Source: Candidatus Palauibacter sp.
Lineage (GTDB): Bacteria > Gemmatimonadota > Gemmatimonadetes > Palauibacterales > Palauibacteraceae
Assembly: GCF_965213655.1 (NCBI RefSeq)
Contig: NZ_CBDBZT010000003.1
Location: forward strand, 3,022,307 to 3,086,306
Length of the DNA: 64,000 bases
Direction of reading: 5' to 3'
Shown: positions 1 through 8,715 of the stretch, in pieces
Position numbering within the stretch: the stretch's first letter is position 1
Layout of the letters: each line of letters begins with the position of its first letter
The notes under the pieces: model-generated
The model's database searches: none
What the model was told of the DNA's origin: nothing
The model's input: only the letters and a program-made list of their open reading frames with translations
Position numbers and translations under genes: made by a program

Positions 1-285
1 CCTTCGGGCGATCCTGGGCGCGTTGGGCCGCCCGGCGTTGGGGATCTTGCCGTTGCGCACCAGACGTCCGAGATGGTCCCGCGAGTAACCGCTCTCACGC
101 GCCGCCTCGACGAGCGACAGGGTCGTCTCGTCGCGCTCGACGAGGGTGGCTTCGAGATCGTCGGCGCATCGTTCGATCGCGGTGGCGGGGGTCTCGCCGC
201 CGTAGCGGCGGAGCGACTTGGCCTTCTTGCGCCAGTCGGCGGGCAGGGCCTCGACGGTCGGCGGGTCCTTCATGCGGCGCTTCAT
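1..285 (-). CDS. HTH DNA-binding protein, excisionase/AlpA-like; start is in the window and the 3' end runs off the left edge
   Basis: Minus-strand reading from ATG at 283-285 with a GAAGGAGA Shine-Dalgarno 6 nt upstream. Translation MKRRMKDPPTVEALPADWRKK..TLSLVEAARESGYSRDHLGRLVRNGKIPN has an excisionase-type HTH signature. There is no stop before position 1, so the ORF is missing from the six-frame track. Confidence 0.5.
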   Translation of the reverse strand, partial: MKRRMKDPPTVEALPADWRKKAKSLRRYGGETPATAIERCADDLEATLVERDETTLSLVEAARESGYSRDHLGRLVRNGKIPNAGRPNAPRIARR

Positions 286-596
286 TCCCAGTCTCCTTCG
301 GCGTCCCTGCGGAGCGCGTCGGCGAGGTCGTGGTCTCCTTCTCCCCGCCGGACGGACCGTTCGGCGAGATCGACGCGGCGGCCCAGGTCTGCGAGCCCGG
401 AGGCGCGGCCGATGGCGTAGATGGCCGCCGCGACGGTCAAGAGTGCGGACGCCGCGTGCAGGCCGACCGGGCCGCCGTGGCGTGCGAGGATGAGCGGCCA
501 GTGGGGGCTCAGGTATTCGAGGCGGGCTCCGCCGAGGAGCAGGACGGAACCGGCAAGCGCGGCGGTGAGTCCGGCGCTGATCTTCCAGGGTTGCAT
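282..596 (-). CDS. small membrane protein (104 aa), hypothetical
   Basis: ORF in the six-frame track. ATG at 594-596 is preceded by GGAGAA. It has two hydrophobic stretches and an ATGA overlap with the downstream HTH gene. Confidence 0.4.
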   Translation of the reverse strand: MQPWKISAGLTAALAGSVLLLGGARLEYLSPHWPLILARHGGPVGLHAASALLTVAAAIYAIGRASGLADLGRRVDLAERSVRRGEGDHDLADALRRDAEGDWE

Positions 597-616
597 GGGC
601 GAGTTCTCCGTTGCAG

Positions 617-1507
617 TCAGAGTTCGACTGAGGCGGGATCGCGGTCGGCGGGACCCTTGAGCCAGGAGCCGCCGTCGCGCCCGCCCAGCCCCAGCTTTTG
701 GAGCATCCCCGCGGCGGCCGGTCCGCTGGCGTGCATGGCGAACCCGGCGGCGGCTTTCGCCTTGACGGTCTCCTGGCTGTAGTTGTCGGACGCGACCTCG
801 ATGTTGACGCGGCCGGTCCGCCCCTCGGCGTCCTCGTACTCGATCTGCGCGTCGGGGTAGAGCACCTGGTCCCGGCCATCGAGGGGCAGGTCGAGTTCTT
901 GGGCCGTTCGGTGCCGCTCGGCGTCGGCGGCCCGCTTACCGTGCCTCTTCCGCTCCGACTCGCTCGCCCGGGCGACGGCGGCCTTGAGTTCGGCGTCGAG
1001 CCGGACGCGGCGCACCCTGGCGTCGCGCCTGCGGAGCCGCTCCCGTTCCCTGGCGCAGGCGCGGTAGACGGCGGTGTCGTGGCTGGCCTGCGCGTCCCGG
1101 ATGCGTGGAATTTCGATCCGCTGCCCCCGGTCCATCCCCCGCTCGGCCGCGTGTTCCCGGGCCTTGGTGATGCCCAGGGGAGTGAGGGTCAGGATTTTGA
1201 ACGGGTTGCCGTTCGGGCCGGTGGCGGTGGTCTCGGCGACGAGTCCGTCGTCGATCCAGCCGTTGACGGCCCGCCGCGTGGTGTAGGGGTGGCCGTCGAA
1301 GCGGACCTCGGCGAGGTCGCGGTAGGAGACGGCCCCGTGGACGCCGATGTCGGTGAGCCCGCGCGCGCAGCGTTCGCGGAAGGAGATGGTGGATCCGCGC
1401 TCCCGGTCCGCGGCGTATTCTCGGCGGTGGCCTTTCCGCATGCCTTGGCGATTGCGGCTGGGTGGCGCGGCGGGGCGCGGGTCCGGTTCGACCGTGCGGT
1501 CGAACAT
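617..1507 (-). CDS. hypothetical conjugative-element protein with an N-terminal winged-helix-like region, possibly replication-relaxation family
   Basis: Internal start MFDRTVEPDP at 1505-1507, preceded by GGAGAGGA. The 373-aa track entry has an Arg/Pro-rich N-terminal extension that does not look like protein. The segment YRDLAEVRFDGHPYTTRRAVNGWIDDGLVAE..KILTLTPLG is wHTH-like. Confidence 0.45.
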   Translation of the reverse strand: MFDRTVEPDPRPAAPPSRNRQGMRKGHRREYAADRERGSTISFRERCARGLTDIGVHGAVSYRDLAEVRFDGHPYTTRRAVNGWIDDGLVAETTATGPNGNPFKILTLTPLGITKAREHAAERGMDRGQRIEIPRIRDAQASHDTAVYRACARERERLRRRDARVRRVRLDAELKAAVARASESERKRHGKRAADAERHRTAQELDLPLDGRDQVLYPDAQIEYEDAEGRTGRVNIEVASDNYSQETVKAKAAAGFAMHASGPAAAGMLQKLGLGGRDGGSWLKGPADRDPASVEL

Positions 1508-1529
1508 TCCTCTCCCTCTCATCGGTCCT

Positions 1530-2564
1530 TCAGCGGCTCGGCCCGGCGCTGCGTCCGGGCGCTGGGACCTGTGGCACGGGGACGACGATCCTCTGCGGTC
1601 CCTGCGCGGGCGTTCGCACCGCCGCCACGGCGACGGGGTCACGCGCGGCCACGCGCTCGCGGTGCCGCTCCAGCACGAAGTCGGAGATCTTCTGCGCGTC
1701 CGCGGCGGCGCGCCGGATCTCGCGCGGGTCCTCCTCAAGCGCCTGGATCCAGCCCTCGACGTAGGCCGCGCCCCGGCTCGGGTCGTGGCCGACGCCGACG
1801 CGCTCGCCGGTCATCATGGCGCTGATCTCGGCCCGGAGCTCCTCTCTCGCGTACTGGGCCGATCCGAACCCGCCGTCGATCCCCTGGATGAGGGTCTCGC
1901 GGTTCATCCGGTCCTCGTGGCCGGTGCTGTGGCCCAGCTCGTGGAGCGCGGTCTGGTAGTAGTGGTTGGCGGAGGGGAACTGCCCGCGCTTGGGCAGCAC
2001 GATCTCGTCGCGCTTCATGTGGTAGTAGGCGCGGTCGCCCGCGACGTGGCGGACGGGCACTCCAGCGTCGTCCATGACCCGCTCGGCCTCCTGGTGGGTC
2101 TTCCAGAGCGGTTCGGGCGTCGGGTTGGCGCGCTCGGGCAGCCCGTTGGCCTGTTCGGCGTTGAACACGGTGTACTGCCGGACGTAGGGCGTCTTGAGCT
2201 TCTCGTAGCGGTAGAGCTTCTTGCCCTCGGCGTTCCTCCTGGGCCGCCCGCGCTCGTCGGTCACGGCGATGCGCTTCTTGTCCTGAAAGGAGAGGATGCG
2301 CGTGCCGCGCTCGCCCTTCCTGACCTGTCCGCCCCGGTTCTGGATCTGGCGGTAGGTGCCCCAGCGCACGTCGCCGTAGCCGTTCTCCTGCTGCATGGCG
2401 GCAAGGTGGAGGCTGTTGCCGCCCCGGTAGGAGCGGTCGGTGTCCACGTTCCTGGGCATGACGCGCTCGCCCGGCTGCCACGGCTTCTGCCAGGGCGCGG
2501 TGCCTCGCCGGATCTGCTCGATGATCGCGTCGGCGAACTTGCGGTGATATTCGTCGTGCTTCAT
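1530..2564 (-). CDS. ardC: ArdC-family antirestriction protein (N-terminal ssDNA-binding domain plus C-terminal HExxH metallopeptidase-like domain)
   Basis: 344 aa. N-terminus MKHDEYHRKFADAIIEQIRRGTAPWQKPW, C-terminal motif ALHELGHSTGH. ATGA overlap with the upstream small ORF. Confidence 0.8.
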   Translation of the reverse strand: MKHDEYHRKFADAIIEQIRRGTAPWQKPWQPGERVMPRNVDTDRSYRGGNSLHLAAMQQENGYGDVRWGTYRQIQNRGGQVRKGERGTRILSFQDKKRIAVTDERGRPRRNAEGKKLYRYEKLKTPYVRQYTVFNAEQANGLPERANPTPEPLWKTHQEAERVMDDAGVPVRHVAGDRAYYHMKRDEIVLPKRGQFPSANHYYQTALHELGHSTGHEDRMNRETLIQGIDGGFGSAQYAREELRAEISAMMTGERVGVGHDPSRGAAYVEGWIQALEEDPREIRRAAADAQKISDFVLERHRERVAARDPVAVAAVRTPAQGPQRIVVPVPQVPAPGRSAGPSR

Positions 2565-2767
2565 TCGTCCACCTCCTCGCCGCCGGCGCCGTGCGGGTCG
2601 TCCCAGGCGGCCGCGATCTCCTCCTCGGTCCCGACCTCCTCGGGGAAGAGGCCGTACTCCTCGGCCAGTTCGGCCTCGACTTCGAGCGTCTCGCCGCCGT
2701 CGTGGGCGAGTTCGCGGTCGAAGTCCTCGAACGTCTCGATGGGGATGGTTCCTCCGTTCCAGCTCAT
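2561..2767 (-). CDS. small highly acidic protein (68 aa), translationally coupled between the VirB11 and ArdC genes
   Basis: MSWNGGTIPIETFEDFDRELAHDGGETLEVEAELAEEYGLFPEEVGTEEEIAAAWDDPHGAGGEEVDE. The start overlaps the VirB11 stop (TCAT on the plus strand) and the stop overlaps the ardC start. Confidence 0.45.
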   Translation of the reverse strand: MSWNGGTIPIETFEDFDRELAHDGGETLEVEAELAEEYGLFPEEVGTEEEIAAAWDDPHGAGGEEVDE

Positions 2768-3774
2768 GCCTTCACCTCCTTCGGTGTGTGGGTCTGTTCT
2801 TCTTCGCGGGCCGCTTCGGTCCCGCCCCAGACGGGCTTCGTGATCCAGCGGCCGGCGGCCGCGTCGTAGTCGCAGACCTCGAGCGCGTCTTCGACGAACC
2901 GCCGGCCCTCTCGGCGGGTCACGTGCAGGACGAGCGAGATCCCGTCGACGACGCCCCGGCAGGTGACCTCCCAGGGCAGCGCGTCTCCGGCCTGCATGGC
3001 GCAGCTCGCGAGCCGCGAGAGCGCGGATCGCGCGTTGTTGGCGTGGATGGTCGTGAGCGATCCGCCGTGTCCGGTGTTGAGCGCCTGCAGCAGGTCGGCG
3101 GCCTCGCCGCCTCTGACCTCGCCGACGACGATGTGGTCGGGCCGGTGGCGGAGCGCGTGGCGCACCAGGTCCCGGATCTCGACGGGCGTATCCGACAGCG
3201 TGGCCCCTGCCTCGAACCGGAGGCAGTTCGCCCGGTCGATCCTGAGTTCGAGCGTGTCCTCGATGGCGACGATCCGCTCGTCTTCCGGCAGCAGTTCGAT
3301 CAGCGCGTTCAGGAGCGTGGTCTTGCCCGAGCCCGTGCCGCCGGAGACCAGGATGTTCCGGCGGGCCGCAAGCGTGCTCCGAGCGGCTTCGAGGATGTCC
3401 TCGGGCAGCGAGCCCAGGCGCACCAGGTCGTCCGCCGAGAACGCGCGGCCGCCGAAGCGGCGTATGGTGATGGCGACCTCCGGACTCGCGGGCGGGGTGC
3501 AGATGGCGACCCGCGAGCCGTCCTCCAGCCGGGCGTCCAGGATCGGCCGCGCGGCGGGATCGAGCCCGAGCGGCCGGGCGATGTGGATGGCCGCGCGGTG
3601 GAGCCAGGCGGACGTGAGGTCCGGTGCTGGGTGGGGTTCCAGTTTCCCAGCCCGCTCGACCCAGACGTTCGCGGGTCCGTTGATCATGATCTCGGAGACC
3701 TCCGGGTCCCGGAGCAGCTTCTCGAGGCCCGGAAGGAACGGAGTGAGGTGACCGCCGCCGCTGGCGCGCTTCAT
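2764..3774 (-). CDS. trbB: VirB11/TrbB-family type IV secretion ATPase
   Basis: Internal start MKRASGGGHLTPFLPG at 3772-3774. Walker A motif VSGGTGSGKTTLLNAL. About 337 aa. The longer 489- and 582-aa track entries are GC-driven N-terminal extensions. Confidence 0.85.
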   Translation of the reverse strand: MKRASGGGHLTPFLPGLEKLLRDPEVSEIMINGPANVWVERAGKLEPHPAPDLTSAWLHRAAIHIARPLGLDPAARPILDARLEDGSRVAICTPPASPEVAITIRRFGGRAFSADDLVRLGSLPEDILEAARSTLAARRNILVSGGTGSGKTTLLNALIELLPEDERIVAIEDTLELRIDRANCLRFEAGATLSDTPVEIRDLVRHALRHRPDHIVVGEVRGGEAADLLQALNTGHGGSLTTIHANNARSALSRLASCAMQAGDALPWEVTCRGVVDGISLVLHVTRREGRRFVEDALEVCDYDAAAGRWITKPVWGGTEAAREEEQTHTPKEVKA

Positions 3775-5798
3775 ATCCGGCCCTCCTCGCGCTGCCGCCA
3801 GTAGCCCATCTCCCTCGGCAGGTAGTGGGGCTTGAGGTAGACGCGCCGAGCCGGGAGCGACTTGACCCCGTCGTAGGGGAGACAGATCGCCTGGTAGTTG
3901 GCGAGCAGCCCGAACTGGCGCGGGTCGAACACCGGCTCTCTCTGTTGCCGGAACGACTTGGTCGCACCGATCTGGCCGTCGCCGCCTCCGGCGCGGCCGG
4001 ACAGGAGCGAGAACTCGGGCTTGTTCGTGGTCTCGGTGAACGTGTAGGAGGCCTGCGTCTTCTTGACGGAGCCGCACATGTCGGACGCGATCTTGGCCGA
4101 CGCGTCGTCGGACAGCGACAGGAAGATTCGCGTGCGGAGCGTCTGGACGAGCGTGCGCCACGCCTCTCCCGAGGGGAGCACGGAGCGGAGCGAGGAGATC
4201 GACTGCGTGGCGACGATCGGGATGCAGCGGCACTGCCGCGTGAGCGCGAACGCCTTCTCGTCGCCGGAAGGGTCGTCCTGTCCGACCGTGGCAAACGCCT
4301 GATATTCATCGCAGATGAACACGGCGGGCCGCATGTAGCGGTCGGGCCGTCGGGCGGCCTCCGCCGGCCTTCGGAGCAGCGCCTGCATCCACGCGTTCTT
4401 GAGAAACACGCCGATGGCGCGTGCGAGCGCCGGGTTCGCGCCGGCGGGCATGTTGAGCGCGAGCACCTTGCCGCCCTCGATCAACTCGGCGAGCGGCGGC
4501 AGCCTCCGGCGGAGCCCCGGCATGGCCGGGACGTCCGTGACCTCCTCCTCCTCCTCGGTGCGCGAAGCCGGATCGTCATCCGGCGGGGGCGGACAGAACA
4601 CGCCGGCGACCTCGGGCTGATCGAACAGCGAGAGAAAGACGCTGATGCCCTCGACGATCGAGGTGCGGAGCTTGGCGTCGAGCGCCATCCAGTCCTTCCG
4701 ATACCACCGCTCGACGGCGTCCACCTGCTCGGCGTACTCGCGTCCCGCGCCGCTCCCCACCGGCTCGGTGGCGTGCTCGACCTTCAGTTCCTCGAGCTTT
4801 GCGCCGCGTTCCGCGTCGAGGCGGCACGCCACGGTTTCGGCGCCCGGCGCCATGTCCCAGCCCCAACCCTCGAGCGCCTTCTTGTGGGCGTGGAGGTCCT
4901 TGGCGGCGATGACGGCCCGCATGGGGCACCGCCCAAGAGCCTCCGCCTTCGCCTCCCCGATCTTGCTGGCGAACAGCTTCGCGTCCACCGTGCAGCGGTA
5001 CACGTCCCGGAGCGTGACCCAGCCCCCCGGCAGGAGCCGGTGCAGCTCGACGATCCAGCGGACGAGGTTGGTGTACGCCTGTTGCCAGAAGGGTTCGCGC
5101 GACTTGCCGAAGAGCTGGTTGATGAGCGACGCCACGCCGTAGGCCATCGAGTAGGAGTCGAGCAGCGGATCGTCGAGCGGGTTCCACTGGATCGACCCGC
5201 CGAGCCCGATTTCGAGGTAGTCGTCCTCACGGCCCGCCTCGCTGAGGATGCGCCGGACCTGGTGGCAGAAATCCCCTTTGACTTCGAGAACGAGCGCGCC
5301 CGCCCGGCGGTCGGCATCGCCGGCCTGCCAGCGGAGCAGTTGCCGGGCGAACGGGTACATGCAGGCGGTCGTCTTGCCCGTGCCGACGGCCCCGACGACG
5401 AGCAAGCCCGTGTAGAGTCCCTTCTCGGGTACGACGAGCCAGGAGGGCCGGTCGCTCTCGGCGGGCACGGTCGGGTGGTGCAACTCGCCGACGACGAGCG
5501 ACGGCGCGTCGTCCTTCGAAGAAGTGGGCCAGGCCGGAAGCCTGCCCCGGTTCCGGCGGCGGGTGAGCGGCTGAAGCCAGACCCGCGAGACGGAGAGCAT
5601 GACGCTGCCGGCCAGGAACACGGCCACGCCGGGCGCGAGGTAATACCATGCGCGGATCGCCGTATGGATGCCCGGATCGTTGTAGGCGATCAGGTCCAGA
5701 TACGGGTTGCCGCCGATGGGCGGGAACGGCACGAGGATCGCGCGCACGGCCGCGACCGTCAGGGCGGCCCCGATGAGGACGAGCGTCCACGGCCTCAT
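3771..5798 (-). CDS. traG: type IV coupling protein (VirD4/TraG family)
   Basis: Start MRPWTLVLIGAALTV at 5796-5798. N-terminal TM helices. Walker A motif VVGAVGTGKTTACMYP. About 676 aa. Confidence 0.85.
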   Translation of the reverse strand: MRPWTLVLIGAALTVAAVRAILVPFPPIGGNPYLDLIAYNDPGIHTAIRAWYYLAPGVAVFLAGSVMLSVSRVWLQPLTRRRNRGRLPAWPTSSKDDAPSLVVGELHHPTVPAESDRPSWLVVPEKGLYTGLLVVGAVGTGKTTACMYPFARQLLRWQAGDADRRAGALVLEVKGDFCHQVRRILSEAGREDDYLEIGLGGSIQWNPLDDPLLDSYSMAYGVASLINQLFGKSREPFWQQAYTNLVRWIVELHRLLPGGWVTLRDVYRCTVDAKLFASKIGEAKAEALGRCPMRAVIAAKDLHAHKKALEGWGWDMAPGAETVACRLDAERGAKLEELKVEHATEPVGSGAGREYAEQVDAVERWYRKDWMALDAKLRTSIVEGISVFLSLFDQPEVAGVFCPPPPDDDPASRTEEEEEVTDVPAMPGLRRRLPPLAELIEGGKVLALNMPAGANPALARAIGVFLKNAWMQALLRRPAEAARRPDRYMRPAVFICDEYQAFATVGQDDPSGDEKAFALTRQCRCIPIVATQSISSLRSVLPSGEAWRTLVQTLRTRIFLSLSDDASAKIASDMCGSVKKTQASYTFTETTNKPEFSLLSGRAGGGDGQIGATKSFRQQREPVFDPRQFGLLANYQAICLPYDGVKSLPARRVYLKPHYLPREMGYWRQREEGRI

Positions 5799-6096
5799 CG
5801 GCCGGATACCCTTCCCGGAGGGATCGCTGGCACGCTGGCGACCCCGGGAGGGCGGGGGCGGGTGGTGCGCAAGCACACCCGGCCCCGAACCCGTACCGAG
5901 CCCTCGGCGAGGGGGGTCGCTAGCGTCACGGCCTGTGACGCCCGCGCGGCACGGGCCGGACAGGCCGTCCCGGCGCAAGACGTTGCCGCGCCGCCGGGTG
6001 CGCGTCGGCCGGGGTGCGCACCGCGGAGGCGCCGAAGTGCGCATCGCACCCCCATGTCGTTTGCGCGTTCAGGTACGGCCGCAAGTCGAGGGACGC
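5799..6096. promoter_or_regulatory. 298-bp non-coding gap inside an otherwise overlapping operon, with inverted repeats; candidate promoter or oriT-like region
   Basis: No credible ORF. The 388-aa minus-frame ORF here is Arg/Pro/Gly-rich filler. Inverted repeats include CGTCAC-GGCCT-GTGACG and GGGAC-AGGCC-GTCCC. Confidence 0.25.
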
Positions 6097-7029
6097 TCAT
6101 CGGTAGCGGGCCCCCTGGAGCCGCACCGTCTGCCAGACGATGCCGCGGTCGATCGAGCCGCGCCCGCCCTGCCGCCGCGCCTGGCTTTCGAGCGCTATGC
6201 TCCGCTTCAGCGCGGCCTGGAGACCGCCGAACTCCTCGAGGATGTGGACCGCGCCCTGGAGGATCGCCCGTTCGATCCGGGCAAGCTCCTCCCGGATCTC
6301 CGGGTCGGGTTTGCGATGGCCGCTGGGCTCGGCCCACCCACGCGTCACGCGCCGCGCACGCTCGAGTTCGCGCGTGGTGCGGGCGACGGTCACGATCTCC
6401 GACGACAGGCCCCGGCTGCGGATCGCGCGCCAAAGTCGGGCGTGCGCCTTGCCCCAGGAGCGGAGCGCGGTCGCGGTGTCGTGGCCGGGCTCGGCGTAGA
6501 CGAACAGGGCGCGGGCCGAGTCGAGCGCGACGGGCAGCTTCAGCGGAAAGTGGCGCCGGGTCGTGCCGGCGGCTCCGCGGTACACCTTGACGGGCAGCAG
6601 GTCGCGCTCGATGCCGAGCGCCTCGAACGCGGACACCTTCTCCTGCTCGGTCGGGAGCCACGGCAGGTCTGAGTGCTCGATCACGTAGTCGAGCGAGAGC
6701 AGACGCCGCAGCAGCACTTCGGGTGATGCCGTGCGGCGGTGGCGGATGTGCTCCGCGCCGAGCGCGCGGTAGAGACCCCGCGCGTAGATCCGGCACACCC
6801 GCCCGATCCCCCGGATGCCGGGCACGGTCTCCTCGGCCGCCAGCCCCTGACGGATCAGCGCGAGTACGAGCCGGCGCGCCCGCTCGTGGTGCGTGTCCAG
6901 GAACCGCGTCGCCTGCGCCCGGGTGAACACGCCGCTGTGCAGGCACACGAGTGCGATCCACTCGGCCTTGCGGCCGGTCCAGCCGAAGCGTCTGAGCGCC
7001 TTCTCGCGCCCCTTGAGATGCGCGATCAC
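6097..7029 (-). CDS. replication-relaxation-family-like wHTH protein (hypothetical)
   Basis: 310 aa. WIALVCLHSGVFTRAQATRFLDTHHERARRLVLALIRQGLAAEE..GRVCRIYARGLYRALG resembles the winged-helix N-terminus of Replic_Relax proteins. It lies between the VirB8-like and coupling-protein genes. Confidence 0.4.
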   Translation of the reverse strand: MIAHLKGREKALRRFGWTGRKAEWIALVCLHSGVFTRAQATRFLDTHHERARRLVLALIRQGLAAEETVPGIRGIGRVCRIYARGLYRALGAEHIRHRRTASPEVLLRRLLSLDYVIEHSDLPWLPTEQEKVSAFEALGIERDLLPVKVYRGAAGTTRRHFPLKLPVALDSARALFVYAEPGHDTATALRSWGKAHARLWRAIRSRGLSSEIVTVARTTRELERARRVTRGWAEPSGHRKPDPEIREELARIERAILQGAVHILEEFGGLQAALKRSIALESQARRQGGRGSIDRGIVWQTVRLQGARYR

Positions 7030-7697
7030 GGCGAATCTCCCGTCACGAGCGCGCGGTCGGCCCGCATGTAGGTGACGAGGAGCCCCATCGGGTTGTGGAC
7101 GACCAGCTCGGGCGGGACCGAGTCGAGGAACTCGAAGCGCAGCGTGAGCGTCCAGCGTTCGCGCCGCAGCTCCTGTTCGCCGCGCAACTGCACGAGATCG
7201 AAGTCGGCCGTCGCGCCGTGCGGCGGCTCGGGCGCGGGATGGATGCGCAGCACGACCTGCTCGACTTCGAGTTCGGTCTCTGCCGTCCCCGCCGCGACGC
7301 TCGCGACCTCCGCCCCATCCCTCTGGAACGCCGCGTTCGCGAGATCGGTCGACAGGAACCGGAGGCTGCGTGTCCAGTTCTCCTGCGCCGTCGCACGGCG
7401 CCTCGAGTGGAAGTCGTGGACGAACCGGTTCAGGAAGTATTTCGTTGTCGGATCGAGCGGATCGGCCTGCGCGGTCGCTACCTCGTAGGCCAGCGCCTCG
7501 GCGCGGCCGACCTCATCCACGCGCACCACAATAGGCTTGGGCGGCTCGGCGCCCGCGATCCTGAGCAGCACCAGAGCGCCGAGAACAACGCTTGCCGAGA
7601 GGAAGATCAGGATCCGTCGCAGCTTCCGGTTCGCCTCGACCGCCTCGCCCCAGATCTCGGCGTACTCGCGGCCAGCGTCACGGTCTAGTTTCATCAT
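7026..7697 (-). CDS. trbF: VirB8/TrbF-family T4SS protein
   Basis: 223 aa with an N-terminal TM helix (ILIFLSASVVLGALVLL) and an NTF2-like remainder. Its position in the operon matches. Confidence 0.7.
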   Translation of the reverse strand: MMKLDRDAGREYAEIWGEAVEANRKLRRILIFLSASVVLGALVLLRIAGAEPPKPIVVRVDEVGRAEALAYEVATAQADPLDPTTKYFLNRFVHDFHSRRRATAQENWTRSLRFLSTDLANAAFQRDGAEVASVAAGTAETELEVEQVVLRIHPAPEPPHGATADFDLVQLRGEQELRRERWTLTLRFEFLDSVPPELVVHNPMGLLVTYMRADRALVTGDSP

Positions 7698-7712
7698 TGG
7701 ATCTCCTTCCGT

Positions 7713-8702
7713 TCAGACGGGGGGCTTGATGGGGGCGGCGGCCTTGCTGGCGCCCTGCATGACGAGGGCGACGAACCCGGACCCGGCGGAGCCGGAGCCG
7801 GAGACGAGCATCGAGGCGAGTTCGCCGACCTTGAGGCCGGCCATGAGGCCGCAGACGACGAGCGGCATGAGGACGACGGCCCAGAGCCAGAGCTCGAACG
7901 GGTCCGCCGTGCCGGTGCCCATCAGCGCATCGGCGTAGGTCGTGATGTAGCCCATGCCGACGCCCATGAAGACCCTGAGCACGGCCCCGGCGACGACGCC
8001 GTAGAGCGTGTAGACCATCATGGTCCGGAACCATCCCCAGAACAGGAACGAGAGCGGCTCGAACAAGAGGAACGCGATGAACACGGGTCCCAAGAGGATC
8101 GCGATGGCGATGGCGACCTGCGCCCAGATCACCTGCGCGTAGGTGACGCAGAAGAGCGCGAGCAGGCAGAACACGAGCGAGGCGCCCATCGCGAGCGTGA
8201 CCAGCGAGGAGAAGATCACCGTGGTGCCGGCGGTCACGATCGAGAGCAGGTTGCCCGTCGACCATGCCGCGCTCAGGTGCGCCGAGTACGCCTGCACGAG
8301 CGCGGTCATCTCGGTGTAGCCTGCCGACACCACGTCGGAGAGGAACAAGTTCTGGAACCAGATCCCGCCTCCGGCGACCATGGCCGGGAAGGTGAGCCCC
8401 ACGCCGGGGATCGGGACGATGTAGTAGTGGAGCAGCGTGCGGGGGATGGCGATCCCGATCACGAGCTTGACGATGTCCCAGGGCTGGAACGTGCCGCTGA
8501 ACGCGATCTTGAGTCCCGTCCAGGCGACCATGACGGCCGCGAGCCCGCCCCAGAGCTGAAGTCCCAGCGTATGCACATCGGGCGCGGCTCCGCCGACGAC
8601 GGTGTCGAGCACCACGTCGAGGAAGCTCTTGAAGTCCTGAAGCTGGCCGGGCGGGATCTGCGCCGGGACGTTCGGGTCGATCGACTGCGGAGGCAGTTGC
8701 AT
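7713..8702 (-). CDS. trbL: VirB6/TrbL-family polytopic T4SS membrane protein
   Basis: 329 aa with multiple TM segments and a Gly/Ser-rich C-terminal tail. Confidence 0.7.
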   Translation of the reverse strand: MQLPPQSIDPNVPAQIPPGQLQDFKSFLDVVLDTVVGGAAPDVHTLGLQLWGGLAAVMVAWTGLKIAFSGTFQPWDIVKLVIGIAIPRTLLHYYIVPIPGVGLTFPAMVAGGGIWFQNLFLSDVVSAGYTEMTALVQAYSAHLSAAWSTGNLLSIVTAGTTVIFSSLVTLAMGASLVFCLLALFCVTYAQVIWAQVAIAIAILLGPVFIAFLLFEPLSFLFWGWFRTMMVYTLYGVVAGAVLRVFMGVGMGYITTYADALMGTGTADPFELWLWAVVLMPLVVCGLMAGLKVGELASMLVSGSGSAGSGFVALVMQGASKAAAPIKPPV

Positions 8703-8715
8703 GGCCGTCGCGCCC

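Noticed and set aside
3825-6590. 921-aa plus-strand ORF, and similar long plus-strand ORFs at 1347..2843, 9627..10508, 12319..13773, 698..1825 and 10306..10980
   Set aside because: All run antisense to well-supported minus-strand T4SS genes. They are Arg/Pro/Gly/Ala-rich low-complexity sequence with no conserved motifs. Stop-codon paucity in high-GC DNA explains them.
5795-6961. 388-aa minus-strand ORF spanning the intergenic gap and overlapping the replication-relaxation-like gene
   Set aside because: The composition (RAGAPARTRADPSGAGG..) is typical GC filler. It overlaps a better-supported ORF in another frame and would leave no room for the 298-bp gap that contains inverted repeats.
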